Below are positions 10,040 to 20,832 of a stretch of 64,000 bases of DNA, in pieces; position 1 is the stretch's first letter, and each line of letters starts with the position of its first letter. Location: NCBI RefSeq assembly GCF_056712565.1, contig NZ_CM160072.1; one strand, 5' to 3'. The notes below the pieces were generated by a model. That model saw nothing but the letters and a program-made list of their open reading frames with translations, did not search any database and was not told the origin of the DNA. Made by a program: the position numbers and the translations under genes.

Positions 10040-11108
10040 ACGCCACCGTGTACAGTTGTAAAAAAAAGAGAGGCACACCCAGATAAGTATGCCTGCAATC
10101 AGAACGTTATCGATGTAATCTCATTATCTCATTAATAAGATTTTTTGAATAGTAGTTCTACGCAACAGATTAAATATGAACTATTTATTGTGCAGCTTTT
10201 CTACAAGTCATTTTTAATGCGTGTTTTTATCTACTATAATGTGAAAAAAATAAATATTAAAACTATGAGTGACAGGTCGTGTGGGATGTGTATTACGTCT
10301 AATGCTTTAGTAATTTTTTATTATTTCTGAGATATTTAACATCATTTCCTGTGAGATTGTCTTGTTGTGTATCTAATTGATTTTAATTTTGTTTTTTTTG
10401 ATGCATAAATTTGGATGATAGAAAGTAAGATTAGCTTAATATCAATGATATGAATTTATAAATACATATTGTTGCAAGGTGTTCTTTACTTTTTTGGTCG
10501 TTAGTAAATCATTGTTAATGGGTTCTGTTCATAAATTAAAAATATTCATTTAAATGATTTTTACTTTTTGTATATCTCAATTTGTTTATTTTGCATTCAT
10601 TTGATGGAGAGTATTCCAACACTTTTTATTTTTCGCAAAAAACTTATTAACAACTTTTTATTATCAATTGAAAATTAATGTAAACTAAAATGTTAGCGAA
10701 GCGATAATCTTGTGCTAAAAAATATTTAAGCATGATGATTAATTAAAGAAGAGTAAAAATAAATCGCTGCTAATAAATTATACGAACCGTGTTTAAAGCT
10801 CCATGTGGTTTTGGTCTGACTTATTTTTGTACTCGTTACAAGAACCCTTTTCGTACATGCTAACCGTGAGCGGGAATGAACAGGTAACCATAGCCAGGAA
10901 CATTAGCGGCGTAATTCTTAAGCTGAGTGGTATTTCATCTGTAGTTTATCTGTGTATGCATAGCACCTTCATCAGCCAGATTGAGCAAGTCAGCTTAGAA
11001 TTTGCTGGTGAGATTGTCACGATGAAGCATGAGAGTTACCTCAGTGTTTTATATAAGGATTCGGTCCTCATAGTAGAACGGTAACTCTCAATCTGATAGG
11101 TTCCTGAG

Positions 11109-12797
11109 TCAGTTCACATCACGACTCATTTTTTTCGCTCTCACCGGCATCCCATTTGCCACAAAATATCTTGCCGTGCTCCTCGGCAACGCATCCTTCC
11201 CGCGAATCATATCCGCCATTTTCTCGCCAATCATAATCGTCGTGGCGTTCAAATTGCCGGTGATAATCTGCGGCATAATTGACGCATCCACCACGCGCAG
11301 GCCTTCCAGCCCGTGTACGCGGCCTTCGGCGTCAACCACTGCCATCTCGTCATAACCCATTTTGCAGGTACCGCACGGGTGGAAGGCGGTTTCGGCGTGG
11401 TTACGCACGAACTCATCGAGCTGCTCATCCGTCTGGCATTCGACACCGGGGCTGATTTCGCGGCCACGATACTGATCCAGCGCCGGTTGATGCATGATCT
11501 CCCGGGTGATGCGAATTGCGTCGCGGAACTCCTGCCAGTCCTGCTCGTGCGACATGTAGTTAAACAGAATCGCCGGATGCTGGTGCGGGTCGCGGGATTT
11601 AATCCGCACATGCCCACGGCTTGGCGAGCGCATCGATCCGACGTGGCACTGGAAGCCGTGCTCTTTCACTGCGTTCGAGCCGTTATAGTTAATCGCCACT
11701 GGCAGGAAATGGTACTGAATATTCGGCCACGCAAATTCCTCACGGCTGCGAATAAATCCGCCTGCTTCAAAGTGGTTGCTGGCACCAACGCCGGTGCCGC
11801 CAAACAGCCACTCCGCACCGATTTTCGGCTGATTCCACCACTGCAGGGCAGGGTAGAGGGAAACCGGTTCTTTGCACTCATATTGCAGATACATCTCCAG
11901 GTGATCCTGAAGATTTTCGCCGACGCCAGGTAATTCATGCACCAGCGGAATATCAAACTCCGCCAGCAGTTCAGCGTTGCCGACGCCGGAGCGTTGCAGG
12001 ATCTGCGGTGAAGCAATCGCGCCTGCACATAACAGCACTTCTTTATTCGCCGCCGCGCGGGTCGGAATGGTGCTGTCGCCTTCCAGCCACTCGACGCCCA
12101 CCGCGCGTTTGCCGTCAAAAAAGATGTGATCGGTCATGGCGTGAGTACGAATGGTCAGGTTAGGGCGCGATTTGGCCTGATCGAGATAGCCACGCGCGGT
12201 GCTGGCGCGACGGCCATGCGGCGTGACGGTGCGATCCATCGGGCCAAAACCTTCCTGCTGATAGCCGTTGAGATCGTCCGTGCGCGGGTAGCCCGCCTGC
12301 ACGCCCGCTTCAATCATCGCTTCAAACAGCGGATTGACGCCGGGTTTGGAGGTGGTGACGCTCACCGGGCCATCACCGCCGTGGTAGTCGTTCTCGCCCA
12401 CATCGCGAGTCTCGGCCTTGCGATAGTAGGGCAGGCAGTCGAGATAACTCCAGTTCTCCAGACCAGGTGCTTGTGCCCAGTTATCGAGATCCAGCGCATT
12501 GCCACGGATGTAGCACATACCGTTGATCAGCGATGAACCGCCCAGACCTTTGCCGCGTCCGCACTCCATGCGGCGGTTGTTCATAAACGGTTCGGGTTCC
12601 GTCTCATAGGCCCAGTTGTAGCGTTTGCCCTGTAGCGGGAACGCCAGCGCGGCGGGCATCTGGGTGCGGAAGTCAAAGCGATAGTCCGGGCCGCCTGCTT
12701 CAAGCAGCAGCACGGTTGTGTTCGGATCTTCAGTCAGACGGGTAGCGAGAACGTTGCCGGCTGAGCCGGCACCAATAATGATGTAGTCAAATTGCAA
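11109..12797 (-). CDS. betA: Choline dehydrogenase BetA (GMC oxidoreductase, FAD-binding)
   Basis: N-terminal GAGSAG FAD motif; apparent TTG start at 12797 with AGGAGG 5 nt upstream; the ORF-track ATG at 12842 would lie inside betB. Confidence 0.9.
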   Translation of the reverse strand: MQFDYIIIGAGSAGNVLATRLTEDPNTTVLLLEAGGPDYRFDFRTQMPAALAFPLQGKRYNWAYETEPEPFMNNRRMECGRGKGLGGSSLINGMCYIRGNALDLDNWAQAPGLENWSYLDCLPYYRKAETRDVGENDYHGGDGPVSVTTSKPGVNPLFEAMIEAGVQAGYPRTDDLNGYQQEGFGPMDRTVTPHGRRASTARGYLDQAKSRPNLTIRTHAMTDHIFFDGKRAVGVEWLEGDSTIPTRAAANKEVLLCAGAIASPQILQRSGVGNAELLAEFDIPLVHELPGVGENLQDHLEMYLQYECKEPVSLYPALQWWNQPKIGAEWLFGGTGVGASNHFEAGGFIRSREEFAWPNIQYHFLPVAINYNGSNAVKEHGFQCHVGSMRSPSRGHVRIKSRDPHQHPAILFNYMSHEQDWQEFRDAIRITREIMHQPALDQYRGREISPGVECQTDEQLDEFVRNHAETAFHPCGTCKMGYDEMAVVDAEGRVHGLEGLRVVDASIMPQIITGNLNATTIMIGEKMADMIRGKDALPRSTARYFVANGMPVRAKKMSRDVN

Positions 12798-12810
12798 ATA
12801 AACCTCCTGG

Positions 12811-14283
12811 TTAGAATATGGACTGGAATTTAGCCATCTCAACCTGGATGGACTTCACCTGGGTGTAACTCTGGAGCGTCATCACTCCGTTCTCGCGACC
12901 AATGCCGGAGTGTTTGTAGCCGCCAACGGGCATCTCTGCCGGGGATTCGCCCCAGGTGTTGATCCAGCAAATACCCGCTTCCAGCTGATGAATGACGCGA
13001 TGCGCGAGGTTCAGGTCCGCCGTCACGATACCCGCCGCCAGACCGTAGTCGGTATCGTTAGCGCGGCGAATGACTTCGTCTTCCGACTCGTAGGTCAGAA
13101 TGGACATCACCGGCCCGAAAATCTCTTCTCGCACAATGGTCATATCGTCGCTGCAATCGGTGAACACGGTCGGTGCAACCCATGCGCCGTTATCGAAGCT
13201 ATCCCCCTTCAGTACATCGCCGCCGCACAGTACGCGCGCGCCTTCCTCTATGCCTTTGGCGATATAGCGCAGCACGTTATCGCGATGCGGGAAGCTGACC
13301 AGCGGGCCGAAGTTAGTTTGCGGATCGAAAACGTCGCCCGCGCGAATGCGCTCAACGCGCGCCAGAATCTTTTGTTCAAATGCGGCTTTGCATTTCGTCG
13401 GAACGAAGACGCGAGTGCCGTTGGTACACACCTGACCGGAGCTGAAGAAATTCGCCATCATGGTGATATCGGCGGCGAGATCGAGATCCGCATCGTCGAA
13501 AACGATCAGCGGTGATTTACCGCCCAGCTCCATGGTCACTTCTTTCAGGGAGGAAGCTGCCGAGTTAGCCATCACTTTTTTGCCGCTGGCGACACCCCCG
13601 GTAAATGACACTTTGGCAATGCCCGGATGATCGGTCAGATATTGCCCGGTCTCCGCGCCCACGCCCGGCAACACGTTAAATACACCGTCCGGCAGGCCCG
13701 CTTCGCTGTAAATTTCAGCCAGCTTTAACGCGGTAAGCGGGGTGACTTCGCTCGGTTTGAAGATCATCGCGTTACCCGCCGCCAGCGCGGGGGCGGATTT
13801 CCACAAAGCAATCTGGATCGGGTAGTTCCATGCGCCAATCCCCGCCACCACACCCAGCGGTTCGCGGCGGGTATAAACAAATGACGTCTCACGCAACGGG
13901 ATCTGGCTGCCTTCCAGCGCCGGGATCAGCCCGGCATAGTACTCCAGCACGTCCGCACCGGTAACGATATCGACGGTTGAGGTTTCCGAATATGCTTTTC
14001 CGGTGTCGAGGGTTTCCAGTTTTGCGAGTTCGTCATTGCGTTCACGCAGAATATCAACGGCCCGACGCAGAATACGCGAGCGTTCCATAGCGGTCATCGC
14101 CGCCCAGATTTTTTGCCCTTGTTGGGCACTCTTCACGGCGCGATCGACATCCTCACGCCCGGCGGCCTGCACGGTCGCCAGCACGTTACCGTTGGCCGGG
14201 TTAATGGTCTCGAAGGTGCGACCGCTGGTGGCGGAGGTATAACCACCATGTATATAAAGCTGCTGTTCTGCCATTCGGGACAT
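12811..14283 (-). CDS. betB: Betaine aldehyde dehydrogenase BetB
   Basis: 490-aa aldehyde dehydrogenase starting [14 protein letters not shown]; immediately upstream of betA. Confidence 0.95.
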   Translation of the reverse strand: MSRMAEQQLYIHGGYTSATSGRTFETINPANGNVLATVQAAGREDVDRAVKSAQQGQKIWAAMTAMERSRILRRAVDILRERNDELAKLETLDTGKAYSETSTVDIVTGADVLEYYAGLIPALEGSQIPLRETSFVYTRREPLGVVAGIGAWNYPIQIALWKSAPALAAGNAMIFKPSEVTPLTALKLAEIYSEAGLPDGVFNVLPGVGAETGQYLTDHPGIAKVSFTGGVASGKKVMANSAASSLKEVTMELGGKSPLIVFDDADLDLAADITMMANFFSSGQVCTNGTRVFVPTKCKAAFEQKILARVERIRAGDVFDPQTNFGPLVSFPHRDNVLRYIAKGIEEGARVLCGGDVLKGDSFDNGAWVAPTVFTDCSDDMTIVREEIFGPVMSILTYESEDEVIRRANDTDYGLAAGIVTADLNLAHRVIHQLEAGICWINTWGESPAEMPVGGYKHSGIGRENGVMTLQSYTQVKSIQVEMAKFQSIF

Positions 14284-14296
14284 CACGTTTCCTCGG

Positions 14297-14884
14297 TTAA
14301 TCGGTGGGTAAATGCTGAGTAATAAAGTGACGGGTCAGCGAGTGTGCGAGAGGTTTATCCAGCGCTTTGCCGCTCAGTGCCGCGCGCAGCCATAATCCGT
14401 CAATTAGCGCGGCAAGGCCGTAGCCCGCTTCCTGTGCCTGTTGGCGCGGTAACTCGCGGCGAAATTCGCTCACCAGATTCGACAATAAGCGGCGGCTACT
14501 GACCTGCTGCAAGCGATAGAGCATCGGCTGATGCATACTGCTGGCCCAGAAGGCCAGCCAGGCTTTCATCGCCGCACTGCTCACCTGGGTTTCATCGAAG
14601 TTTCCGCCAACAATCGCCTGTAATCGCAGCTCTGCACTGCCCTGCGGAAGTGCATGTAATCGATTCAAAACCGCGTCACGCAGCTGACTGGTGATATCGC
14701 GCATGGTTGCTTCCAGCAGACCATTTTTGTCCCTGAAATAGTGGCTGATGATCCCCGTAGAAACGCCTGCACGGCGGGCGATCTGCGCGATCGTTGCATC
14801 GTGCATGCCCACTTCATTTATTGCTTCCAGCGTGGCGTCGATCAGTTGTCTGCGCCGGATCGACTGCATCCCCAATTTGGGCAT
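14297..14884 (-). CDS. betI: TetR-family repressor BetI
   Basis: 195 aa from MPKLGMQS; TetR-type HTH; first gene of betIBA, divergent from betT. Confidence 0.9.
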   Translation of the reverse strand: MPKLGMQSIRRRQLIDATLEAINEVGMHDATIAQIARRAGVSTGIISHYFRDKNGLLEATMRDITSQLRDAVLNRLHALPQGSAELRLQAIVGGNFDETQVSSAAMKAWLAFWASSMHQPMLYRLQQVSSRRLLSNLVSEFRRELPRQQAQEAGYGLAALIDGLWLRAALSGKALDKPLAHSLTRHFITQHLPTD

Positions 14885-15012
14885 TTTCGCCACTCCATTA
14901 ATCAGCGTTGTTTATCTATTAAAGCGGTTATTGATTGGACGTTCAATATAAAATGTGTCTTAATTGTTACTAATTTGATTTTAAATGGTAACAATAACAG
15001 TGGGGATACTGG
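14885..15012. promoter_or_regulatory. Divergent betI / betT promoter-operator region
   Basis: 128-bp AT-rich gap between divergently oriented betI and betT; operator not pinpointed. Confidence 0.5.
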
Positions 15013-17046
15013 ATGACAGACCTTTCACACAGCAGGGAAAAGGACAAAATCAATCCGGTGGTGTTTTACACTTCCGCCGGACTGATTTTGTTGTTTTCCC
15101 TGACAACGATCCTGTTTCGCGACTTCTCGGCCCTGTGGATTGGCCGCACGCTGGACTGGGTCTCTAAAACCTTCGGTTGGTACTATCTGCTGGCGGCAAC
15201 GCTCTATATTGTCTTTGTAGTCTGTATCGCTTGTTCGCGTTTTGGTTCGGTGAAGCTCGGGCCAGAACAATCAAAACCGGAATTCAGTCTGCTGAGTTGG
15301 GCGGCGATGCTGTTTGCTGCCGGGATCGGTATCGACCTGATGTTCTTCTCCGTAGCCGAACCGGTAACGCAGTATATGCAGCCGCCGGAAGGCGCGGGAC
15401 AGACGATTGAGGCCGCGCGTCAGGCGATGGTCTGGACGCTGTTTCACTACGGCTTAACCGGCTGGTCGATGTATGCGCTGATGGGCATGGCGCTCGGATA
15501 CTTTAGCTATCGTTATAATTTGCCGCTCACTATCCGCTCGGCGCTGTACCCGATCTTCGGTAAACGGATTAACGGGCCGATAGGTCACTCAGTGGATATT
15601 GCTGCGGTGATCGGCACCATCTTCGGTATTGCCACTACGCTCGGTATCGGTGTGGTACAGCTTAACTATGGCTTGAGCGTGCTGTTTGATATTCCCGATT
15701 CGATGGCGGCGAAAGCGGCACTGATCGCCTTGTCGGTGATCATCGCCACTATCTCGGTGACATCCGGTGTCGATAAGGGCATTCGCGTGTTATCGGAACT
15801 CAACGTTGCGCTGGCGCTGGGATTGATCCTGTTCGTGTTGTTTATGGGCGACACCTCGTTCCTGCTTAATGCACTGGTGCTGAATGTTGGCGACTATGTG
15901 AATCGCTTTATGGGCATGACGCTCAACAGTTTTGCCTTCGACCGTCCGGTTGAGTGGATGAATAACTGGACGCTCTTCTTCTGGGCATGGTGGGTGGCAT
16001 GGTCGCCGTTTGTCGGCTTGTTCCTGGCGCGTATCTCGCGTGGGCGTACCATTCGCCAGTTCGTGCTGGGCACGTTGATTATTCCGTTTACCTTCACGCT
16101 GTTATGGCTCTCGGTATTCGGCAATAGCGCGCTGTATGAAATCATCCACGGCGGCGCTGCATTTGCCGAGGAAGCGATGGTCCATCCGGAGCGCGGCTTC
16201 TACAGCCTGCTGGCGCAGTATCCGGCGTTTACCTTTAGCGCCTCCGTCGCCACCATTACTGGCCTGCTGTTTTATGTGACCTCGGCGGACTCCGGTGCGT
16301 TGGTGCTGGGGAATTTCACCTCGCAGCTTAAAGATATCAACAGCGACGCACCCGGCTGGCTGCGCGTCTTCTGGTCGGTGGCGATTGGCCTGCTGACGCT
16401 AGGCATGCTGATGACCAACGGGATATCCGCGCTGCAAAACACCACGGTGATTATGGGCCTGCCGTTCAGCTTTGTGATCTTCTTCGTGATGGCGGGGTTG
16501 TATAAATCTCTGAAGGTAGAAGATTACCGCCGTGAAAGTGCCAACCGCGATACCGCGCCGCGACCGCTGGGGCTTCAGGATCGCCTGAGCTGGAAAAAAC
16601 GTCTCTCGCGCCTGATGAATTATCCGGGCACGCGTTACACTAAACAGATGATGGAGACGGTCTGTTATCCTGCAATGGAAGAAGTGGCGCAGGAACTGCG
16701 GTTGCGCGGCGCGTACGTGGAGCTAAAAAACCTGCCGCCGGAAGAGGGACAACAGTTGGGGCATCTGGATTTGTTGGTGCATATGGGCGAAGAGCAGAAC
16801 TTTGTCTATCAGATTTGGCCGCAGCAATATTCAGTGCCGGGCTTTACCTACCGCGCACGTAGCGGGAAATCGACCTACTACCGGCTGGAAACCTTCCTGT
16901 TAGAAGGCAGCCAGGGCAACGACCTGATGGACTACAGCAAAGAGCAGGTGATCACCGATATTCTCGACCAGTACGAGCGGCACCTTAACTTTATCCATCT
17001 CCATCGTGAAGCGCCGGGCCATAGCGTGATGTTCCCGGACTCGTGA
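15013..17046 (+). CDS. betT: Choline transporter BetT (BCCT family)
   Basis: 677-aa polytopic membrane protein; divergent from betIBA. Confidence 0.95.
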   Translation: MTDLSHSREKDKINPVVFYTSAGLILLFSLTTILFRDFSALWIGRTLDWVSKTFGWYYLLAATLYIVFVVCIACSRFGSVKLGPEQSKPEFSLLSWAAMLFAAGIGIDLMFFSVAEPVTQYMQPPEGAGQTIEAARQAMVWTLFHYGLTGWSMYALMGMALGYFSYRYNLPLTIRSALYPIFGKRINGPIGHSVDIAAVIGTIFGIATTLGIGVVQLNYGLSVLFDIPDSMAAKAALIALSVIIATISVTSGVDKGIRVLSELNVALALGLILFVLFMGDTSFLLNALVLNVGDYVNRFMGMTLNSFAFDRPVEWMNNWTLFFWAWWVAWSPFVGLFLARISRGRTIRQFVLGTLIIPFTFTLLWLSVFGNSALYEIIHGGAAFAEEAMVHPERGFYSLLAQYPAFTFSASVATITGLLFYVTSADSGALVLGNFTSQLKDINSDAPGWLRVFWSVAIGLLTLGMLMTNGISALQNTTVIMGLPFSFVIFFVMAGLYKSLKVEDYRRESANRDTAPRPLGLQDRLSWKKRLSRLMNYPGTRYTKQMMETVCYPAMEEVAQELRLRGAYVELKNLPPEEGQQLGHLDLLVHMGEEQNFVYQIWPQQYSVPGFTYRARSGKSTYYRLETFLLEGSQGNDLMDYSKEQVITDILDQYERHLNFIHLHREAPGHSVMFPDS

Positions 17047-17060
17047 TTGTTATTGCATAA

Positions 17061-17096
17061 AACCGCGCCATGTCTGCATATGGCGCGGTTTCTCTT
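17061..17096 (+). terminator. Intrinsic terminator candidate after betT
   Basis: 11-bp stem aaccgcgccat / atggcgcggtt with 8-nt loop, followed by a T-rich tract, 15 bp after the betT stop. Confidence 0.6.
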
Positions 17097-17923
17097 ACCT
17101 CTTGATACGTTATATCTGTGTACAGTTAAGCCCTTAGTATCGATTGATGATTGCCAGGCAACAGATAATAAAAAAGAAAAGAACTATTGAAGCCCAAAAC
17201 CTACGTTTGGACTGTTGTGAATGTTCAATAAGCTTAGTCTTATTTAATGTAAATATTGGTGCTAATTTGAAATGACGCTTTATTCATGGGGAACGCGTAG
17301 CGCAAATCAACTAAAATCAATGTAACTGTTTGTTGTTTAAGGTTTAATTGTCTGTGTCTGATATTTTATCGATTGTTTTAAATATTGTTTTTATTGTCAT
17401 TGTTATAATGTTGGCTATCTATTGCTGAATGGATTCAGTCTTAAGAAGCAGGTTGTTAAGGGATAGGCATAGAGTAATGACGTGTATGCATAACCAACAT
17501 CTTTACTCATTATGTCATTGAATGTTGACGCTATGTGTTTATGAGGTTGAGGTATTTTCAGTTGATCTGGATTGTTAAATTCATATAATGCGCCTTTACT
17601 CATGAATGGGCGTCAATACGTAGTGGGAAATTATAAATATCGAAATAGTCCAACTACTTCTTTATTACCAAAAATGAGTATCTGAATTTTAATATTGCAT
17701 TATTGCGTGATTATCTCCTGAGTTTGACTTGTGATTACCTTTTTAAGGTATTTAGCGTAACTGTTTTTGAGCGAGCATCAGAGGTAAAGATAATCTTCTT
17801 GATAGTGATGTGGGATGTTATACGTATGGCATCGCTAATGTTTATGGTTACCCCTTATGTGTGCTCAGGAATCCACAGGTAATCACTCATACTGAACAGC
17901 GATAAAAGATAAAAGGTGTGTTC

Positions 17924-19012
17924 ATGAATTCATGTGATTTTCGTGTTTTTCTGCAAGAGTTCGGTACAACGGTTCATTTGTCATTGCCTGGTAGCGTATC
18001 CGAGAAAGAACGACTGCTACTCAAGCTGCTGATGCAGGGAATGTCTGTAACAGAAATATCACAGTACAGAAATCGCAGTGCAAAGACCATTTCACATCAA
18101 AAGAAACAGCTCTTTGAGAAACTGGGGATTCAGAGCGATATTACTTTCTGGCGGGATATTTTCTTTCAGTACAATCCGGAGATCATATCCGCCACGGGTA
18201 ATAATAGTCACAAATATATTAATGATAATCACTATCACCATATCGTCACGCCTGAAGCCATCAGTCTGGCGTTGGAAAACCACGAGTTTAAACCGTGGAT
18301 CCAACCGGTTTTCTGCGCGCAGACTGGGGTACTGACGGGCTGTGAAGTGCTTGTCCGCTGGGAACATCCACAAACGGGAATGATCCCACCGGATCAGTTT
18401 ATTCCTCTGGCGGAGTCATCCGGTCTTATTGTCATAATGACTCGCCAGCTGATGAAACAGACTGCGGATATTCTGATGCCGGTAAAACATTTGCTGCCGG
18501 ACAATTTCCATATTGGTATCAACGTCTCGGCGGGCTGTTTTTTGGCTGCGGGATTTGAAAAAGAGTGTCTGAACCTGGTTAAGAAATTAGGTAACGATAA
18601 AATCAAGCTGGTTCTTGAGCTGACGGAACGTAATCCTATTCCGGTAACGCCAGAAGCCAGAGCGATATTTGACAGCCTTCATCAGCACAATATTACTTTT
18701 GCGCTGGATGACTTTGGTACGGGTTATGCGACCTATCGTTACTTGCAGGCGTTCCCGGTCGATTTTATTAAAATTGACAAGTCGTTTGTGCAAATGGCGA
18801 GTGTCGATGAAATCTCCGGTCATATTGTGGACAATATTGTCGAACTGGCGCGTAAGCCTGGTCTGAGTATCGTGGCGGAAGGGGTAGAAACCCAGGAGCA
18901 GGCGGATTTAATGATCGGTAAAGGCGTTCACTTTTTACAGGGCTATTTGTACTCTCCGCCAGTACCGGGTAATAAATTTATCTCTGAATGGGTAATGAAA
19001 GCAGGTGGTTGA
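17924..19012 (+). CDS. pdeL: c-di-GMP phosphodiesterase PdeL (YahA): LuxR-type HTH plus EAL domain
   Basis: N-terminal LuxR HTH and C-terminal EAL-domain region; long AT-rich upstream region as at K-12 pdeL. Start taken at MNSCDF. Confidence 0.9.
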   Translation: MNSCDFRVFLQEFGTTVHLSLPGSVSEKERLLLKLLMQGMSVTEISQYRNRSAKTISHQKKQLFEKLGIQSDITFWRDIFFQYNPEIISATGNNSHKYINDNHYHHIVTPEAISLALENHEFKPWIQPVFCAQTGVLTGCEVLVRWEHPQTGMIPPDQFIPLAESSGLIVIMTRQLMKQTADILMPVKHLLPDNFHIGINVSAGCFLAAGFEKECLNLVKKLGNDKIKLVLELTERNPIPVTPEARAIFDSLHQHNITFALDDFGTGYATYRYLQAFPVDFIKIDKSFVQMASVDEISGHIVDNIVELARKPGLSIVAEGVETQEQADLMIGKGVHFLQGYLYSPPVPGNKFISEWVMKAGG

Positions 19013-19053
19013 TGTAAACCGCTATTCACAGCGCATCGGGAGGTTGGCAGCGA

Positions 19054-19986
19054 TTAATTCTCCCGATGCAGTAAATCCTGATAGATCCCCGTTAATATGC
19101 CATTTGGCGCAAATTGTTTTTTAATCCACTGCGTCACCTGACCGGTGGCAGAGTGCTGGGTTGCGAGTAACATGCGTGAATCCTGGCGCGGGTTATGGAT
19201 TTGTCGGGTAACCAGCAAGGATTGCGCCATCGCCTCACGGACCATGTAATCCGGCAAAAAACCAATTCCTTCACCTAAAATCTGGCACTGACATTTGGTG
19301 TTGAAATCTGGCACCAGAATTGACTCCTGCCCATGCAGCAACCAGCCCACTTTTTTATTAATCGTATGCGCGGTGTCCTCCACCATGATATTAGGGTAGA
19401 GACGCAGCTGGCTTTCGGCGATCGGCTCCGGCACAAAGGCTAATGGGTGATCCGGGGCGATGGCAAAAGCCCAGCGAATCGCGCCAATCTCCGTGTAATC
19501 AATGCCGCCGCCGTCCAGCAGCGTGTCGGGCGCGCCGATGGCGATATTTGCCTGATTATTAATAATCGCATCCCAGACGCCGTTATACACTTCGGTCGTC
19601 ACGGTAATCTGGCAGGTAGGAAACTGCTTTTTCAGCACCTGTAATAAGCGCGCGGTGTGTTTGGGCGTATAAAGCAGCTGATTAATACAAATGCGCACAC
19701 GCGCTTCTATGCCCTGCGAAATAGTATCGATACTGCGTTTAATGGCGTGAAAATCATTCAGCAGGTCGGTAGCTTTGCGGAAAAAATAACGCCCGGACTC
19801 CGTTAACTCAATGCTGCGGGTACTGCGAGTGAACAGCACCACATCCAGCCCTGTTTCCATACGTTTAATGGTGTAGCTAATGGCGGAAGTGGTTAAACCC
19901 AACTCTTCTGCGGCTTTACTGAAGCTGCCAAAACGCGCAGCGGTAGTAAATGCCAACAGATTCTCTTCGGTAAAAATTGAGTTCAT
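19054..19986 (-). CDS. yahB: LysR-family transcriptional regulator YahB
   Basis: 310 aa with N-terminal LysR-type HTH. Confidence 0.85.
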   Translation of the reverse strand: MNSIFTEENLLAFTTAARFGSFSKAAEELGLTTSAISYTIKRMETGLDVVLFTRSTRSIELTESGRYFFRKATDLLNDFHAIKRSIDTISQGIEARVRICINQLLYTPKHTARLLQVLKKQFPTCQITVTTEVYNGVWDAIINNQANIAIGAPDTLLDGGGIDYTEIGAIRWAFAIAPDHPLAFVPEPIAESQLRLYPNIMVEDTAHTINKKVGWLLHGQESILVPDFNTKCQCQILGEGIGFLPDYMVREAMAQSLLVTRQIHNPRQDSRMLLATQHSATGQVTQWIKKQFAPNGILTGIYQDLLHREN

Positions 19987-20077
19987 CGACTCGCTCCCGC
20001 CATTTTCGATTCTGAATTTCTCCAGCCATGACTGTAGAGGTATCCATTAAAGATGGATAATCATTTTTGAATAACTT

Positions 20078-20575
20078 TTAATACCCGTCGCTTTTGGTCG
20101 TCGCTTCGCTTAATTTTTGTCCGCCGTATTCTGAAATTATCCCCACGCAGTTACCCGCCAGAAAACCCAGTAATGTCACCGTCCAGTTCATCCCGCTGGC
20201 AAAAAATAGCGTCATGCCGAGAAAGCCTCCGGGAATAAAAGACAGTAACCAGAAACGCCCTTGCCAGACCACCACCGCCGAGAAGGGTACAGTCGTAATC
20301 ACGCTCGCCCAGAACGCGGACAGTCCACTCACCGGGGCCAGCCAACCGGCAGCCAGCGCGGCGAAAAACGCCCACACCATCCCGGAATAATTAACCGCCA
20401 GGCTTTTGATAAACCCCGATTTACCGCCGCCTGCGGCATAAAAACTGCAAAAGGCGACGAAGCCAATGGTTCCTAATAATTCCCATCCCTGAGAGAGCCC
20501 GACATGTGAAGACACTAACTGCCAAAGCCCTGCACAAATACCGACGGTGACACCCGTTGCCGTGAGTCCGTTCAT
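20078..20575 (-). CDS. yahC: Inner-membrane protein YahC
   Basis: 165-aa strongly hydrophobic ORF in the K-12 position. Confidence 0.8.
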   Translation of the reverse strand: MNGLTATGVTVGICAGLWQLVSSHVGLSQGWELLGTIGFVAFCSFYAAGGGKSGFIKSLAVNYSGMVWAFFAALAAGWLAPVSGLSAFWASVITTVPFSAVVVWQGRFWLLSFIPGGFLGMTLFFASGMNWTVTLLGFLAGNCVGIISEYGGQKLSEATTKSDGY

Positions 20576-20832
20576 CTTGTTCCCCTCTGGTTAGACATGG
20601 ACGAAAGCTACTCTTACATGTGCAGACTATAGAGAAATAAAACCTGATTGAGTGAAAGGGTATCGGGTCAAAGAAACAAATATTGCACTACCGCACACGG
20701 CGAAAAGATTGTTGAACATCATTCAACAAAAAGGCGAAATACGGCGAATTAAATTTAAGCGGGTTCTTTTATCAGATTATCGTTGCTATTCTCAATTCAT
20801 CGAAAACAGCCACAAAAACCAGGTGAATGTGA

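Larger units (their letters stand above)
4915..11108. other. Strain-variable genomic islet between ykgH and betA carrying a candidate phase-variation module (autotransporter, two LuxR-type regulators, invertible element, tyrosine recombinase)
   Basis: K-12 as I recall it has only a short ykgH-betA intergenic region; here about 6.2 kb of extra DNA with AT-rich intergenic stretches and genes not in the K-12 order. Confidence 0.65.

Noticed and set aside
9476-10078. Recombinase as fimB or fimE of the type 1 fimbrial operon
   Set aside because: No fimA or other fimbrial genes are adjacent; the neighbours are a LuxR regulator and an autotransporter, so this is an unlinked paralogue.
10803-11084. 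93-aa ORF as a real gene
   Set aside because: No ribosome-binding site or recognisable domain; kept only as a comment in the AT-rich spacer finding.
4915-11108. IS element or integrase-bounded mobile element carrying the islet
   Set aside because: No transposase, phage integrase, tRNA gene or obvious flanking direct repeats were seen; the only recombinase is the small FimB-type enzyme, which acts on the internal switch rather than mobilising the islet.
11313-11933. 206-aa ORF antisense to betA, and similar long antisense or out-of-frame ORFs (e.g. 22723-23358 in yahF, 42848-43606 in prpE, 55134-55568 in frmA, 39584-40243 in prpC)
   Set aside because: They lie wholly inside well-supported genes on the opposite strand or in another frame and show no domain-like sequence; typical shadow ORFs of GC-rich coding DNA.
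17415-17603. 62-aa ORF in the betT-pdeL intergenic region
   Set aside because: Lies in the long AT-rich pdeL regulatory region with no translation signals; likely noncoding.
19034-19068. Hairpin catcgggag / ctcccgatg between pdeL and yahB as a bidirectional terminator
   Set aside because: The loop is 17 nt and the right arm lies inside the yahB coding 3' end; too weak to call.
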